Source: Candidatus Heimdallarchaeota archaeon (GTDB taxonomy: Archaea; Asgardarchaeota; Heimdallarchaeia; JABLTI01). Taken from it: 64,000 bases of DNA. Below, piece by piece: positions 48,130 to 58,900 of this stretch. The stretch covers positions 32,001-96,000 of the forward strand of contig JABCTZ010000019.1 of the NCBI GenBank assembly GCA_018238155.1. Direction: 5' to 3'. Position numbers and translations under genes: made by a program. How positions within the stretch are numbered: the stretch's first letter is position 1; each line of letters opens with the position of its first letter. The notes under the pieces were generated by a model. That model was not told the DNA's origin. It was given only the letters and a program-made list of their open reading frames with translations, and did not search any database.

Positions 48130-48306
48130 TTTCTTCAGCTCGAGAATACTCAACATCCAAATGGATTTTGGAGTATAATAAATGGGTATAGATTCCTTCA
48201 TATATTTAGAATTAGTGATTTTTTTCATATATAAAGAGTCGAAAATTTGACTAAACTTTTTAATCGGAAAATATTCTCAGTAATAAGAAAATACTTGGTG
48301 AATTAT

Positions 48307-48597
48307 ATGAGTAAAATAAAAGCATCCCATATTTTAGTTCCAAAACAAGGACAAGCACAAGAAATACTTAATCAGTTGCAATCAGTTCCAACTGGAAGAA
48401 GAGCTGATCTCTTCAAAAAACTAGCTAAGAGTAAATCTACTTGTTCTTCTGCAAAAAAAGGTGGTAGTCTTGGTTCCTTTGGTCGCGGTCAAATGGTTAG
48501 AGAATTCGATAAAGCTGTCTTTGCTTTAGAAGTAGGTCAAATGTCTGGTTTAGTTAAAACAAAGTTTGGCTATCATATCATTTTACGGACCGGATAG
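48307..48597 (+). CDS. ppiC: Parvulin-type peptidyl-prolyl isomerase
   Basis: ASHILV, F..LAK..S.C.S.KKGG.LG.FGRGQMV.EFD, VKTKFGYHII; start ATG 48307. Confidence 0.93.
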   Translation: MSKIKASHILVPKQGQAQEILNQLQSVPTGRRADLFKKLAKSKSTCSSAKKGGSLGSFGRGQMVREFDKAVFALEVGQMSGLVKTKFGYHIILRTG

Positions 48598-48649
48598 GTT
48601 CTTGTCTTTTGACACTCTTCTTTTTTTTCTCTTATGCGAAATTGACTTG

Positions 48650-48862
48650 TTAGTTGTTAGCTTTAAACCAATGAACACAATTAACTGGGCAATCATCAAT
48701 CACTTTTTGAACTGCAGCTGGTTTCGCATTAGTTGGTCCATACACTTCAGATATACCTTCTGGTGTTAACCTGAAAACCTCTGGAAGGGATAAAGTGCAA
48801 AGACCACATCCAGCACACTCATAACGATTTATTCGTGGTACTTTAATCATCATTATAATCAT
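48650..48862 (-). CDS. Monocluster ferredoxin
   Basis: CAGCGLC...PEVF...DCPVNC. Confidence 0.88.
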   Translation of the reverse strand: MIIMMIKVPRINRYECAGCGLCTLSLPEVFRLTPEGISEVYGPTNAKPAAVQKVIDDCPVNCVHWFKANN

Positions 48863-49010
48863 CTTAGAGAAGTTTCTTGATATAGATTGAGAAGGTCTTT
48901 ATTTTTCTTTTGCCTACAATTAATTACTGAATATTGTGATTTAAAATGAAAAAAATAAGGTGGAAAGAAGAATTCTTCCCAAACAATGAAAAAATTGTTT
49001 GATTATTCTC

Positions 49011-50165
49011 CTATTCTAGGTTTTCCTTACCTCGTTTGAATGCTTTTGTCATTTTCTTTCCTAACCCTTTCTGTTCAATAATTTCCATTTGATCGTGCTG
49101 ATATAATTCACGCATTTTTGCAGTATATTCTTCAACTTCAGCAATTGGATATTTAGTGAATAAGTGACAGCGAACTGTATGTTGAGGTGCTACTTGTCTT
49201 AGTAATGGAATATCAGTTTTACATAATTCCATTGTGTGAGAACACCTTGGATGGAATCGACAACCAGGGGGAGGAGTGATTAAACTTGGAATAGAACCAG
49301 GAATAATAGTTAACTCATCATCCTTTCTTGTCTCAGGTTTTGGAATTGCGCCTAATAAAGCAATAGTGTAAGGATGCATTGGATTCTTGAACAATTCAAT
49401 GGTTGTAGCATATTCTACAATATATCCTGCGTACATAACTGTTGTATAATCACAAAGTTCTGCAATTACTCCAAGATCGTGAGTAATAAGCATAATTGAC
49501 ATATTGAATTCATTTCGAATTGCTTTGAAAATGTTCAAAATTTGTGCTTGAATAGTGACGTCAAGAGCAGTTGTTGGTTCATCTGCTACAAGTAATTCTG
49601 GGTTGCATGAGAGAGCCATTGCAATCATAACTCTTTGTCTCATACCTCCTGAGAACATAAATGGATAATCGTCAACTCGATCGGCAGCACTTGGAATTCC
49701 TACAAGATCCATAATCTTGATAGAATTTTCTCTTGCAGTTTGAAGATCAACATCTTGGTGCAATCGAATTGCCTCCATGATTTGGTCTCCAACAGTTAGT
49801 ACTGGATTGAGAGAAGTCATTGGGTCTTGGAAAATCATTGCAATTTTGTTTCCTCTGATAGTTCGCATTTCTGCATCAGATTTCTTTCTAAGATCTTCAC
49901 CTCTGAACCAAACTTCACCTTCAATGATTTTTCCAGGAGGGTCTGGTACAATTCCCATAACTGATAGTGCGCTTACTGATTTTCCACAACCAGATTCGCC
50001 TACAATACCAAGAGTTTTGGATTCGTAAACTTTATAGCCTACGTTTTCAAGTGCTTTTACTACGCCTTCTTCTGTAAAGAAATAAGTCCTAATACCACGG
50101 ACATCTAATAAAACGCCTTCTTCTTCTGGGGGGCGTAATTCTTCTTGAAATGTCATGTCGCTCAT
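49011..50165 (-). CDS. dppD: Oligopeptide/dipeptide ABC transporter ATPase (DppD/OppD)
   Basis: [48 protein letters not shown]. Confidence 0.93.
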   Translation of the reverse strand: MSDMTFQEELRPPEEEGVLLDVRGIRTYFFTEEGVVKALENVGYKVYESKTLGIVGESGCGKSVSALSVMGIVPDPPGKIIEGEVWFRGEDLRKKSDAEMRTIRGNKIAMIFQDPMTSLNPVLTVGDQIMEAIRLHQDVDLQTARENSIKIMDLVGIPSAADRVDDYPFMFSGGMRQRVMIAMALSCNPELLVADEPTTALDVTIQAQILNIFKAIRNEFNMSIMLITHDLGVIAELCDYTTVMYAGYIVEYATTIELFKNPMHPYTIALLGAIPKPETRKDDELTIIPGSIPSLITPPPGCRFHPRCSHTMELCKTDIPLLRQVAPQHTVRCHLFTKYPIAEVEEYTAKMRELYQHDQMEIIEQKGLGKKMTKAFKRGKENLE

Positions 50166-50423
50166 TTTGTTTTTCTCCGAAACAAGTTCGTTAAGCATTC
50201 CGTCAAATATTTTTTTACTCTTATGTTCTATTAAAGAATTTTCATCTATTTAATTTGTTACTATTAGTTTGTGGTTTTACTCGCGAATTTAGTCAAATTA
50301 AACAGACTTCTTCACTTAATTTTTTTATTAAGCAGTTTCTATTATAAAATCAAATTTAAAATTGTTATGTTTGTTCTGTGGTTTCACTTTTTAAGTATAT
50401 TAGCTGAAGAAACAGTTCAAGCA

Positions 50424-51119
50424 TTACTTTTCTATGTTAGAGACATTTCCATTCTTATTGAATGATATATTTTCCAGAGCAGGCTTGATAGCTCGATTCA
50501 TAATCTCTGGAACGAATGCAAAGAAGATTGTATTACTTGCTACTCGAATAGCTGTTACAGGTAAACCAATTGCTAAGCTAGCAAAATAGCTGATAAATTG
50601 TAAATCCAGAAAAATTATCATTCCAATATTTACTAACAAATCATAGCTTAACGTAAGCAAACCACCAATGATTCCGATGAAAATTCTCCAAGAAAAGGAT
50701 GAATTTGCATGAAATATTCTACTTAGCAATCCTCCACTTATTCCTACTAGAAGAAAGCCAAGAATTTTGAAAGGAAAAATGGGTAAACCAACACCAAGAA
50801 AAGCGCTGACAATAATTTCAAAAAGTATTGTAGAGAAGATTGCTTGGATAGCACCAAATTTTGGTCCTAATGTTAATCCTCCCAAGAAAATCGTTAAGGT
50901 CATTAATTCAAAGTATGGGATCCAGATAAAGGAGATTGATAATACTGGACCAAGAGCAGTAAAAATCGCCAAGATAGCTATTTTTAGTGATATTCGTTGC
51001 GGTGAATAGTCTTGCAATACTTCTTCCGTTTCAGCAATTCTATTTGAAAGCCTTTCCTCAGAAAGGTCATTGTCTTCCTCTCTGAGAGTGGTCTCTTGAT
51101 TATCAATTGATTGTTGCAT
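50424..51119 (-). CDS. ECF transporter S-component-like membrane protein
   Basis: About six TM helices; AIFTAL, IPYFE....IF..G...G...G pattern. Confidence 0.75.
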   Translation of the reverse strand: MQQSIDNQETTLREEDNDLSEERLSNRIAETEEVLQDYSPQRISLKIAILAIFTALGPVLSISFIWIPYFELMTLTIFLGGLTLGPKFGAIQAIFSTILFEIIVSAFLGVGLPIFPFKILGFLLVGISGGLLSRIFHANSSFSWRIFIGIIGGLLTLSYDLLVNIGMIIFLDLQFISYFASLAIGLPVTAIRVASNTIFFAFVPEIMNRAIKPALENISFNKNGNVSNIEK

Positions 51120-51126
51120 TCAAGTA

Positions 51127-51876
51127 TCAACTTCTTCTTCGATTTATCTTCAAAGTAAGGGTTAGTAATGATATTGATACTAAGAAACATATTAGTCCGG
51201 GTTGTGGTACACTGGGTGTAATTGAAGGAAGTGGTATTGATGAACTACTCAAGTGTATTTCCAAATTAAACCCAAATGCGCTTGTTTTTCCAAAAACAAG
51301 AACACCAGTTTCTATTTCATATACTAATTCTGTTTGTTGTGAACTATCATTGAGTTTGAATTTGACTGTGCTAACTTCCTTTCCAAGAATAGTGGCTTTC
51401 GAATCTGTGTCAATAGTGATGTTAACGTTAGCACTAAAGGGAGTAACTTCTCCTAATGTCATCCAATCTTTCTCAAGAGAAATTAGTCCTCCAACCCAAG
51501 GATAATAAGAAAATGCTAAGTTTGTACCAATTGCATGATCATTGGTCGCCAATGATAAATTACCCATATTCAAACTTCCTTTAGTGTAATCTTTGTTTTC
51601 AATTTGGATAACATCATTAACATTGTATGATATCTCATCATTAATATTTGCATGCCAATTTGCAATTGTAAACCATAACGTGCTATTAATCCATATATTT
51701 GTACCAGTGGATATATCATCTATCACCCAGCTGAAACTTTCTCCTGGATATAATACAACAGGTAAACTTCCTGAAGCGAATTTTTGATTGTTTGTTAAAC
51801 CAAAAGTCATTTGTAACAATATAATAACAAAAAAAATTTTGCTAATTCTCAGTGTTCTTTTTGATGGATAAGACAT
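51127..51876 (-). CDS. Secreted/surface protein with C-terminal anchor
   Basis: Signal peptide, YEIETGVL motif, Pro/Ser linker, PG + TM + RRR tail. Confidence 0.65.
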   Translation of the reverse strand: MSYPSKRTLRISKIFFVIILLQMTFGLTNNQKFASGSLPVVLYPGESFSWVIDDISTGTNIWINSTLWFTIANWHANINDEISYNVNDVIQIENKDYTKGSLNMGNLSLATNDHAIGTNLAFSYYPWVGGLISLEKDWMTLGEVTPFSANVNITIDTDSKATILGKEVSTVKFKLNDSSQQTELVYEIETGVLVFGKTSAFGFNLEIHLSSSSIPLPSITPSVPQPGLICFLVSISLLTLTLKINRRRS

Positions 51877-51889
51877 TTTTCTTCCTCTA

Positions 51890-52354
51890 TTATGTTTTAA
51901 AAATCCAGCTTACAATTGTGCTTTCAAATGCTCGTAAATTATATCTATCTGCAGCAACATTGCCTGATTCATCGTCAACCAAATATTGCCAATTATGCGT
52001 TAAATCTTCAGTAACTCCTCCAATGCTAGTAATATATTTGCCATTTGGGTAGTCTTCATATTCTACTGTTAGATTTGCATAAAGAAGAATAGAGTATGCT
52101 GTAGCAGATCGATTTGTTGGAATTGTTATTGTTATATTGATGGTTTGCCGTTCGTCGTTAAAATCAACAAACAATTGCACAGTAATTTCTCCCTCGATAT
52201 CGTTATTAACGCCATATCCAATTTTCTCTCTTAGAGAATCCGGTAAAATTCCATTAAAAGGTCCAAAGAGCAATCCTGACGTGATAACTAGAACAATTAT
52301 TGTTCCACCAATTATCGAAAGTATCTTGTGATTCTTTGAAATGAAATCCTTCAT
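51890..52354 (-). CDS. DUF4430 (transcobalamin-like C-terminal) membrane-anchored protein
   Basis: N-terminal TM; TAYSIL, GKYITSIGGV, WQYLVD....VAAD.Y. Confidence 0.8.
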   Translation of the reverse strand: MKDFISKNHKILSIIGGTIIVLVITSGLLFGPFNGILPDSLREKIGYGVNNDIEGEITVQLFVDFNDERQTINITITIPTNRSATAYSILLYANLTVEYEDYPNGKYITSIGGVTEDLTHNWQYLVDDESGNVAADRYNLRAFESTIVSWIFKT

Positions 52355-52512
52355 CTGTTTTACCCTCTTTTTTGATTTGCGTTATAAATGGGTTAATTTA
52401 ACCTATTTATTAACTTTCAGTCAGCACAGACGTAAATTCAGAAGAGAAAAAATATTCCGAAAGTTTTTAAGTGAAAATTGTTATACTTGGCTTATAATTC
52501 TGAGGGAAGACT

Positions 52513-54117
52513 ATGTCAAAAACAGCTGAGACAAAATTGGAAACTACAATTGAAAGAGTTGTAGTGTATCTTGATGGTGCCAGAATTTTTCGTTCTGGAA
52601 AAACTGAATTGAAGAAAGGTTATCAGTTAGTAAGAGTAGCAGGACTATCCAAGAAACTGATAAAAGATAGCGTTAGAGTTTCTGGGAAAGGAAAAGGCTC
52701 ACTGGGTGCAATTGATATTGAAACAAAATATCAAGAGCAAGTATCTCATGAAGGTCTAAAGAAACTCATAGAAGAAGAAAAAACTCTTCAAAAAGAATTA
52801 ACCACTTTGCAAGAAAAGTTAAACTTTGCTCGACATCAAAATGATAAAATGTTAATTTTGAGTGAAAACTTTGCTACTGAATTTCCTCAATGGTTGGCAT
52901 CCGGAGAATCCCAAATCGTTACTCTCTCTGAATTTCTTGATTTTGAAACAAAATCAAATGATATAAATATGAAGAAACGTCGAAAATTAGAAGATGATAT
53001 TGAAAAATTGACCCTTAAAATTCAAACGCTGCGAGCAGAGATAAATGATTTTAGAAATTTGTCACATGTTGAACAAACAACCGATATTGTCATTGGTGTA
53101 GATGTAACCCAAGCTGGTCCTTTTATCTTTGACTTTTCTTATCAAGCAAAAGGTGTTAGCTGGGAACCAAGCTATGATGTTGATTTAAAAATTGAAAATG
53201 CTGTTCTAAAAGGCGTTGCTTTAGTAAATAATCGTACATTAGAGGATTGGACAGATGTTGCCTTAACTATATCCACTGCAGTATTCAAACCTATTAGAAT
53301 TCATGAACCAAATCCATTTTACATTGATATTTATTCTCCTCGACCTCCTCCAAGTCCTGGCAGACGTCGCTCAGCTCCTGCACCAATGAGGAAAATGAAG
53401 AAAGCATCCTTAGAAATGATTAAGGAATCTGTAAGAGAAGAAGCTGAGATGGAAGATTTAATGGACATGGAATTACCTAGTGCAGTAATCAAAGAAAGTT
53501 CCTCTGGTGTTCAAAGCTTTGAAATATCTGGTAAATGGTCTATTCCTTCAGACGGGAACAATCATCCTATCACATTGACTACTCATGAATTAAAGACACT
53601 CAAAGAATTCTATTGGAGTGCAACAGCTTCATTGGGTGTAATTGCATTAGACAAGATTACAAATGGTGATGCAATAATTCTCGCAGGAAATGCAAAAGTG
53701 TATGCTGATGGAGAGTTCATAGGTGAAACATTTATTGATCAGATTGCTCCTGGAGAAGAATTCAAACTTGGTGCACGTGAAGAATTAAAGATGAAAGCTG
53801 AAAAGAAGCTTCTCAAACGTATGAAAGAGAAAGCAGGTTTGGTCAAAGGAAAACGATCCATCTCTTATAAATATGAGTTGAAGATCAATAATTACCGAAA
53901 ATTGGATGCTGCTATAACTATCAAAGATGTTATACCATACTCACACTCTGAAAGAATTAAAGTTAAAAACTTTGAACATAGTATAGAACCTGTAAATGAT
54001 AATCTTGGCATTCAAACGTGGAATTTAAAAATTAAACCGGGTGAGGAATACAAAGTAACCTATTCTTATGAAGTTGAATGGGAGAAAGAGTATTCCATAT
54101 CACCACCATTACCGTGA
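52513..54117 (+). CDS. DUF4140/DUF4139 (MuiA-like) protein
   Basis: I..V.VY.DGA.I.R, DSVRV, coiled coil, SY....WEP.YD, EDW..V.L..ST, IPSDG. Confidence 0.88.
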   Translation: MSKTAETKLETTIERVVVYLDGARIFRSGKTELKKGYQLVRVAGLSKKLIKDSVRVSGKGKGSLGAIDIETKYQEQVSHEGLKKLIEEEKTLQKELTTLQEKLNFARHQNDKMLILSENFATEFPQWLASGESQIVTLSEFLDFETKSNDINMKKRRKLEDDIEKLTLKIQTLRAEINDFRNLSHVEQTTDIVIGVDVTQAGPFIFDFSYQAKGVSWEPSYDVDLKIENAVLKGVALVNNRTLEDWTDVALTISTAVFKPIRIHEPNPFYIDIYSPRPPPSPGRRRSAPAPMRKMKKASLEMIKESVREEAEMEDLMDMELPSAVIKESSSGVQSFEISGKWSIPSDGNNHPITLTTHELKTLKEFYWSATASLGVIALDKITNGDAIILAGNAKVYADGEFIGETFIDQIAPGEEFKLGAREELKMKAEKKLLKRMKEKAGLVKGKRSISYKYELKINNYRKLDAAITIKDVIPYSHSERIKVKNFEHSIEPVNDNLGIQTWNLKIKPGEEYKVTYSYEVEWEKEYSISPPLP

Positions 54118-54130
54118 GGATACATAATAA

Positions 54131-54580
54131 ATGAGATTGCGAATTCTTCCAATGAATCCTCATTGGTTAATCAAAGAGACAAACAATGTTGATAAGAACC
54201 AAAATGGTAAGATCATTTTCAATTCTTCTCGACATTCCGTTTCTATCTTTTTTGCTTCTACAACAGCATCTTTAGTTCTTCGAAGAACAGATGAATTGCT
54301 AAAATATACTCTTTCCAATGATGAGTATAATCTTATTTCCACCACTAAATTAAATAATATTGAAAAACTAATCAAGTGGACGAATACTTCACGTGAAGAA
54401 GCTTTCAGAATTACTCTTAAAAGATTTCTAGTAAAAATAGTACAGAATGATGTTACAATTGGAAAATGTAGATTCATTTCTAAACATAAATTAATACTAA
54501 CAATTAATCCTGAAGTAGATATCCCCATTGCAATTCTTATTGGAAGTTTAATTCCATTCATTAGAAAAATGTCTTCTTAA
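54131..54580 (+). CDS. Hypothetical protein, possibly LURP-one/tubby C-terminal-like
   Basis: Beta-rich ORF ending in L.I.P.VD..IAILIG helix, reminiscent of LURP-one/scramblase folds. Confidence 0.4.
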   Translation: MRLRILPMNPHWLIKETNNVDKNQNGKIIFNSSRHSVSIFFASTTASLVLRRTDELLKYTLSNDEYNLISTTKLNNIEKLIKWTNTSREEAFRITLKRFLVKIVQNDVTIGKCRFISKHKLILTINPEVDIPIAILIGSLIPFIRKMSS

Positions 54581-54730
54581 TTATTCTCAAGTGTTCTTTT
54601 TCTTCTTCCTCGTTTTTAATCCCTCATTATAATTGGCTTTTTGAGAAATGTTTTGATTATTTGCTAGAACTTGTATTAGTAATTTTCAAAAGTTTAGAAA
54701 GAATAAATATACTCAAAAGCTAAACAATAT

Positions 54731-56272
54731 ATGATTAAAGCAATGTCTGAAGAAACTAAGGAGAAAGGAGCAAAATCTAAGAGTAAATTTTCACTTAGTT
54801 CACTTCAAATTGATAGAAAATTTCTGATTATTGCTCTATTTCTTATGATCTCTATTGTAACAGTTGTTTTTGCTACCCGAAACTTGTTTGAAACCGATAT
54901 TAGTGACTGGACCGTTACTCAAGGAAGGTTCGAAGGAAAAGATGGAGTAATGATTGGTACCTTGCCTTCTCATAACTGGGCTTATCATGACAGTGAAGTT
55001 GCATATGGGGAATGGCAATGGCAATTTCGATATGGCACCAAAGGCTCTGCTTCAGTAATTTTTATTGGTTCTGAACAAGAGCAAAGTGTTTTTTCGCATT
55101 CTACTCAAGGATATAAAATTGACTTTGAGATAACCAAACAAGTATCTTTGAAACGCATTGATGGTCTATACAATGAAAAGGTATTAGGTTCTACTCATGT
55201 TCCTATCGAAACTGGTAATGTTTATACAATTAGAGTTCGTCGTTTCACAAATAGCACTTTCCACGTTATAATAAATGAGCAATACGAATTTTCTACAAAT
55301 GATGCTACTTACACAACCTCAGAAGTTTTTGAATTGGATTGGGTTTTCAGTCAAACTCTTATTTGGGTTGATGTAAATGATGAAGTCAATGATAATAGTT
55401 GGTCTGATTATTTTGTTGGTTTACCTCAAGCACGCTCTACTAATATTTTCACTCAAATTGCTCTCTATACTCCATTTATTGCTTTGGCATCAGTTATTTT
55501 ATTCTATGTTTTTAGATTATTGATTACTGAAGGAAGCTGGACAAGATTTGTTATTCCGCTAATTTTGGCAATTATAGTTGGTGTGGGTGTCGCACTTCTC
55601 TTTGATTATTTAAGAGATATTTTAGCATATACAAATCCGGCACCTTCTGGAGTTCTTCCTTCTGTTACTATCGAAAATACCTCTATCATTTCACCTATAT
55701 CATCCGGATCTTCAAATTCATCTTCAAATCCCGGGGAAAATAGTACTCCTGGTATTCTTCCACCAATCGGAAAAACATCAATATCAATAATTTTACTCGT
55801 TGTCTCTGGTATATTCATTTTGCTTGCAGTGGGTTTTGTAATGTTTGATTTCCTCAAAAAGAGGGATGATGAATTCCATGATAAAATCATTGATGAAAAT
55901 GTTCGTTGGTTGCCAAAAGCTTCTGAAGAAGACCATCGAAAGAGAGTTATCCGTGCATATCATAAAACGTCGTATGATTTAATTGATTACGGAGCAAAAT
56001 CAGAACGCAGTATGACTCCCGGAGAGTTTGAACATTCTGTTACAGAAAAATTAGCTGTACCTGAAGAACCTATCGAAGAAATAACTGATTTGTATGAAAT
56101 CGCTCGATTTAGTGAGCAAAAGATTAGTTCCACGATGTCTAAAAAAGCTGAAAGACATTTTGATAGTATCTCAAATGATTTACGAGAGAAAAAGAAGGAT
56201 CCCAACAAAGACGAAGAGATACATCCTCAAAATGAGGAGGAGGATGACAAGCAAATAAAGGAGGATAAATAA
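54731..56272 (+). CDS. Membrane protein with extracellular beta-domain and C-terminal DUF4129
   Basis: Several TMs; VIRAY...SMTPGEF...ITDLYEIARFS is the DUF4129 signature. Confidence 0.8.
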   Translation: MIKAMSEETKEKGAKSKSKFSLSSLQIDRKFLIIALFLMISIVTVVFATRNLFETDISDWTVTQGRFEGKDGVMIGTLPSHNWAYHDSEVAYGEWQWQFRYGTKGSASVIFIGSEQEQSVFSHSTQGYKIDFEITKQVSLKRIDGLYNEKVLGSTHVPIETGNVYTIRVRRFTNSTFHVIINEQYEFSTNDATYTTSEVFELDWVFSQTLIWVDVNDEVNDNSWSDYFVGLPQARSTNIFTQIALYTPFIALASVILFYVFRLLITEGSWTRFVIPLILAIIVGVGVALLFDYLRDILAYTNPAPSGVLPSVTIENTSIISPISSGSSNSSSNPGENSTPGILPPIGKTSISIILLVVSGIFILLAVGFVMFDFLKKRDDEFHDKIIDENVRWLPKASEEDHRKRVIRAYHKTSYDLIDYGAKSERSMTPGEFEHSVTEKLAVPEEPIEEITDLYEIARFSEQKISSTMSKKAERHFDSISNDLREKKKDPNKDEEIHPQNEEEDDKQIKEDK

Positions 56273-56273
56273 T

Positions 56274-56807
56274 ATGGCTGTAACACCCCAATTTCTTGAA
56301 ACGGCTTGGCTGCTATTATTCTTTGTAAGCATAATTTTCATCTTTATGATAATCTTTAGTGAGCTTGGAGAACAAACAAGAAAAATAAAGCATTGGTGTA
56401 AAATTTCTTATGGAAAAATGCTTCCTCGAATAAGTTTGTCTTTTCAACATTTTCAGCGAAAAGGTGAGTTACTCACAAATACTAGCTCCAATATCTGTAG
56501 ATCAATCCATGGAGATATGATTGTTTACCTAAAGGCATCTAAAGGACTTAATGATAAAGAGATTGTTGAACTTCTTGAAGATAAAATACAGCTTGAACAA
56601 ATATTTCAAAATGATGATATCGTTCTATTTCTTCAAGATCCAAATTTTTGGTTAAGAATGGATGATTCAGAACCATCATTTCTTTACAAAATGCTTGAAC
56701 CTTTACGAGCGATTTTTAAGGAAAAAAAACTTGAAAATAATTTATTTTACATTCGATTAGCTATTTTAATCAATACTTTTCAAAAAATTTTAGAAACTGG
56801 TGGTTAA
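56274..56807 (+). CDS. Hypothetical membrane-anchored protein
   Basis: N-terminal TM; starts 1 nt after the previous stop. Confidence 0.65.
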   Translation: MAVTPQFLETAWLLLFFVSIIFIFMIIFSELGEQTRKIKHWCKISYGKMLPRISLSFQHFQRKGELLTNTSSNICRSIHGDMIVYLKASKGLNDKEIVELLEDKIQLEQIFQNDDIVLFLQDPNFWLRMDDSEPSFLYKMLEPLRAIFKEKKLENNLFYIRLAILINTFQKILETGG

Positions 56808-57556
56808 GAATATTTCGAATGTGATTTTGCAAATTCTTCTTCCATTTGTTCTCTTTTCTTTTTCAATAAAATTTGCTCAATATCTGGTGTCAATGTCTTT
56901 CGACTTATGATTAATAAAACTATTAGACTTACGATCATAAAAATTGCGAATAAAATATCGCTTTGTAAAAATTCAAAGAGGTAATAACCAATGATACTTA
57001 AGATGATTGATAAACCGAAGAGAATACCACTTAAACGCAGTAAGAATTTAAAATATCTGCTAATAGTTACAGACGCATGATAGTATACTCCTCCTTCAGA
57101 TATGGAAATAACATCTTCTACTAACGGATCTATGATAAGGATTATTCTTGTAACTTCATGGTAGATAATGAGTACAACAAAGAGTAATATAACTTCTAAA
57201 TAGAAAGCTGATAATACAAGTATCCAAACGCCATAAATTAGTGTTGAGAGAACAAGGCAGAATTTTCTTCCCTGTATGAAACCAAAAATAGCAATTAAAG
57301 ATGGGATTAAACATGCAGTAATAAATCCTATTGCTGTAAAAGTAACTGTTGTTTGTGAATCTATTAATCGTAAAGGTGAAACTAGAATAATTACAAAAAC
57401 CATTGCCAAAGCAATAAATTGTAAGTTCAGTTTTTTTCTTCTAAAAATTTCTGCTGTGGGTTCAGTTATCCGAGAGAGAACTTTCTTTGTATCTCCATCG
57501 GTGATATATTCTATTTCCTCTTCCTCTTTGGAATGTTTTCGTTTCAAATCGGTCAC
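56804..57556 (-). CDS. Hypothetical multi-pass membrane protein
   Basis: About six hydrophobic segments; coupled to the DUF58 gene. Confidence 0.7.
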   Translation of the reverse strand: MTDLKRKHSKEEEEIEYITDGDTKKVLSRITEPTAEIFRRKKLNLQFIALAMVFVIILVSPLRLIDSQTTVTFTAIGFITACLIPSLIAIFGFIQGRKFCLVLSTLIYGVWILVLSAFYLEVILLFVVLIIYHEVTRIILIIDPLVEDVISISEGGVYYHASVTISRYFKFLLRLSGILFGLSIILSIIGYYLFEFLQSDILFAIFMIVSLIVLLIISRKTLTPDIEQILLKKKREQMEEEFAKSHSKYS

Positions 57557-58849
57557 TTATCTGTTCCCTCCTCTTCTTACAGATATTTGTTTTAGTTTAT
57601 TCATGAATACACTGAAAGGAACAGAAATATCCCATTCAATAACAATGACTCCTTTTTGATAAACTTTAATTATCTCAGTTTTTCTTCGAATCTTCAAGTT
57701 TTGATGAACCAAAACATTTGCCGGATTTTCTTTATCTTTGATAAACCGCCATTCTGAATCTATGATTGCAGGTACAAGGAAAAAGCTATTTCTTCTCCTT
57801 CGAGCGGTTTGTACCAGAATATTATTAATTCGTTTATCGATTAATGGTGTGATAAAGATAGTTAAGCAATTATTTGGAAAATATTGGTCTAGATTATTGT
57901 CTAATCTCTGTTTTAGAATATTGAACCGGTCAATTTTAGTTGCTTGTACATCAATTAATTTCTCAGTAAACTTCATTAATTGCTGCCTTGAACTACTCAA
58001 ATCAAATCTATCAACAACATCACGAATGACTACCAAACCAACTCTACACTTGTATTTTAGAAAGTGCTCTGTTAGGGAAAGAACAGCTTTTATTTCTTCA
58101 TCTAAAACCGAACCTGTCTTTTCAGTTGCATCAAGAACCATCAAAAGATCTGCTGATCGGAATAGTTCATATTCATTTGTGAACAATTTGTTATATTTTG
58201 CCGTTGCGGACCAGTTTATTCTTCCAATAGAATCCGAAGAAGTGAATTCTCGTACACCTGAAAAATCTAGTCCCTCTCCTTTTAATTTTGAATGGAATGG
58301 TCCGTCCGAGATTTTCGGATATTTTGTTCTAAAAGGCATATCTTTTATCAATTCGAAATTTGGAATAACAATTAAATCGCTTATTGTTTCTTCATATGTT
58401 GCAACAGTGTACACTGAGTTTGTAAAATTTCGTGCTCTTATATGCGTTGGTCCAATATTCCATCTTCCTCTATAATCGCACCTAATTTCATAGCGTACAG
58501 TTGTCTCCTCACCAGGATCCAGAGTTGTCATTACGTGATTGCTTCCCTTTTTCAAGCTAACTTGCATTGGAAGCGTATCAAGTATTTCCAGCATTTCAAC
58601 AGTTTTCTTTCCATGGTTTTTGATTTTCAAAGTGATTTTGACATGTTCTCCTTCTTGATATCTCGTTTGTTCGATTTCTCGAATAACTTCTAAATCAAGT
58701 TCTTCCGGAGGTTGTATAACAAAATACGTTAGTGTAAGGATAGTTAGAGGAATTAAGGCTAACAAAATCAACCAATTTCTAAATCCCATGCCAAGTAAAA
58801 GAATAGCGAAAAATGATGCAAGAGTCCATCTTATCTTTGGTGTGAACAT
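57557..58849 (-). CDS. DUF58 (vWA-like) protein
   Basis: RG.W.IGP, GEGLDFSGVREF...D....INW.ATA......NEYE, LMVLDA. Confidence 0.9.
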   Translation of the reverse strand: MFTPKIRWTLASFFAILLLGMGFRNWLILLALIPLTILTLTYFVIQPPEELDLEVIREIEQTRYQEGEHVKITLKIKNHGKKTVEMLEILDTLPMQVSLKKGSNHVMTTLDPGEETTVRYEIRCDYRGRWNIGPTHIRARNFTNSVYTVATYEETISDLIVIPNFELIKDMPFRTKYPKISDGPFHSKLKGEGLDFSGVREFTSSDSIGRINWSATAKYNKLFTNEYELFRSADLLMVLDATEKTGSVLDEEIKAVLSLTEHFLKYKCRVGLVVIRDVVDRFDLSSSRQQLMKFTEKLIDVQATKIDRFNILKQRLDNNLDQYFPNNCLTIFITPLIDKRINNILVQTARRRRNSFFLVPAIIDSEWRFIKDKENPANVLVHQNLKIRRKTEIIKVYQKGVIVIEWDISVPFSVFMNKLKQISVRRGGNR

Positions 58850-58900
58850 AATTCTGCCTCATTTCTTCATTTGTTCTCTTGATTTCTCTGAATGGTCTTT

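Noticed and set aside
47104-48862. hypE + ferredoxin as a hydrogenase locus
   Set aside because: No hydrogenase subunits or other hyp genes are present, and a divergent parvulin separates the two genes.
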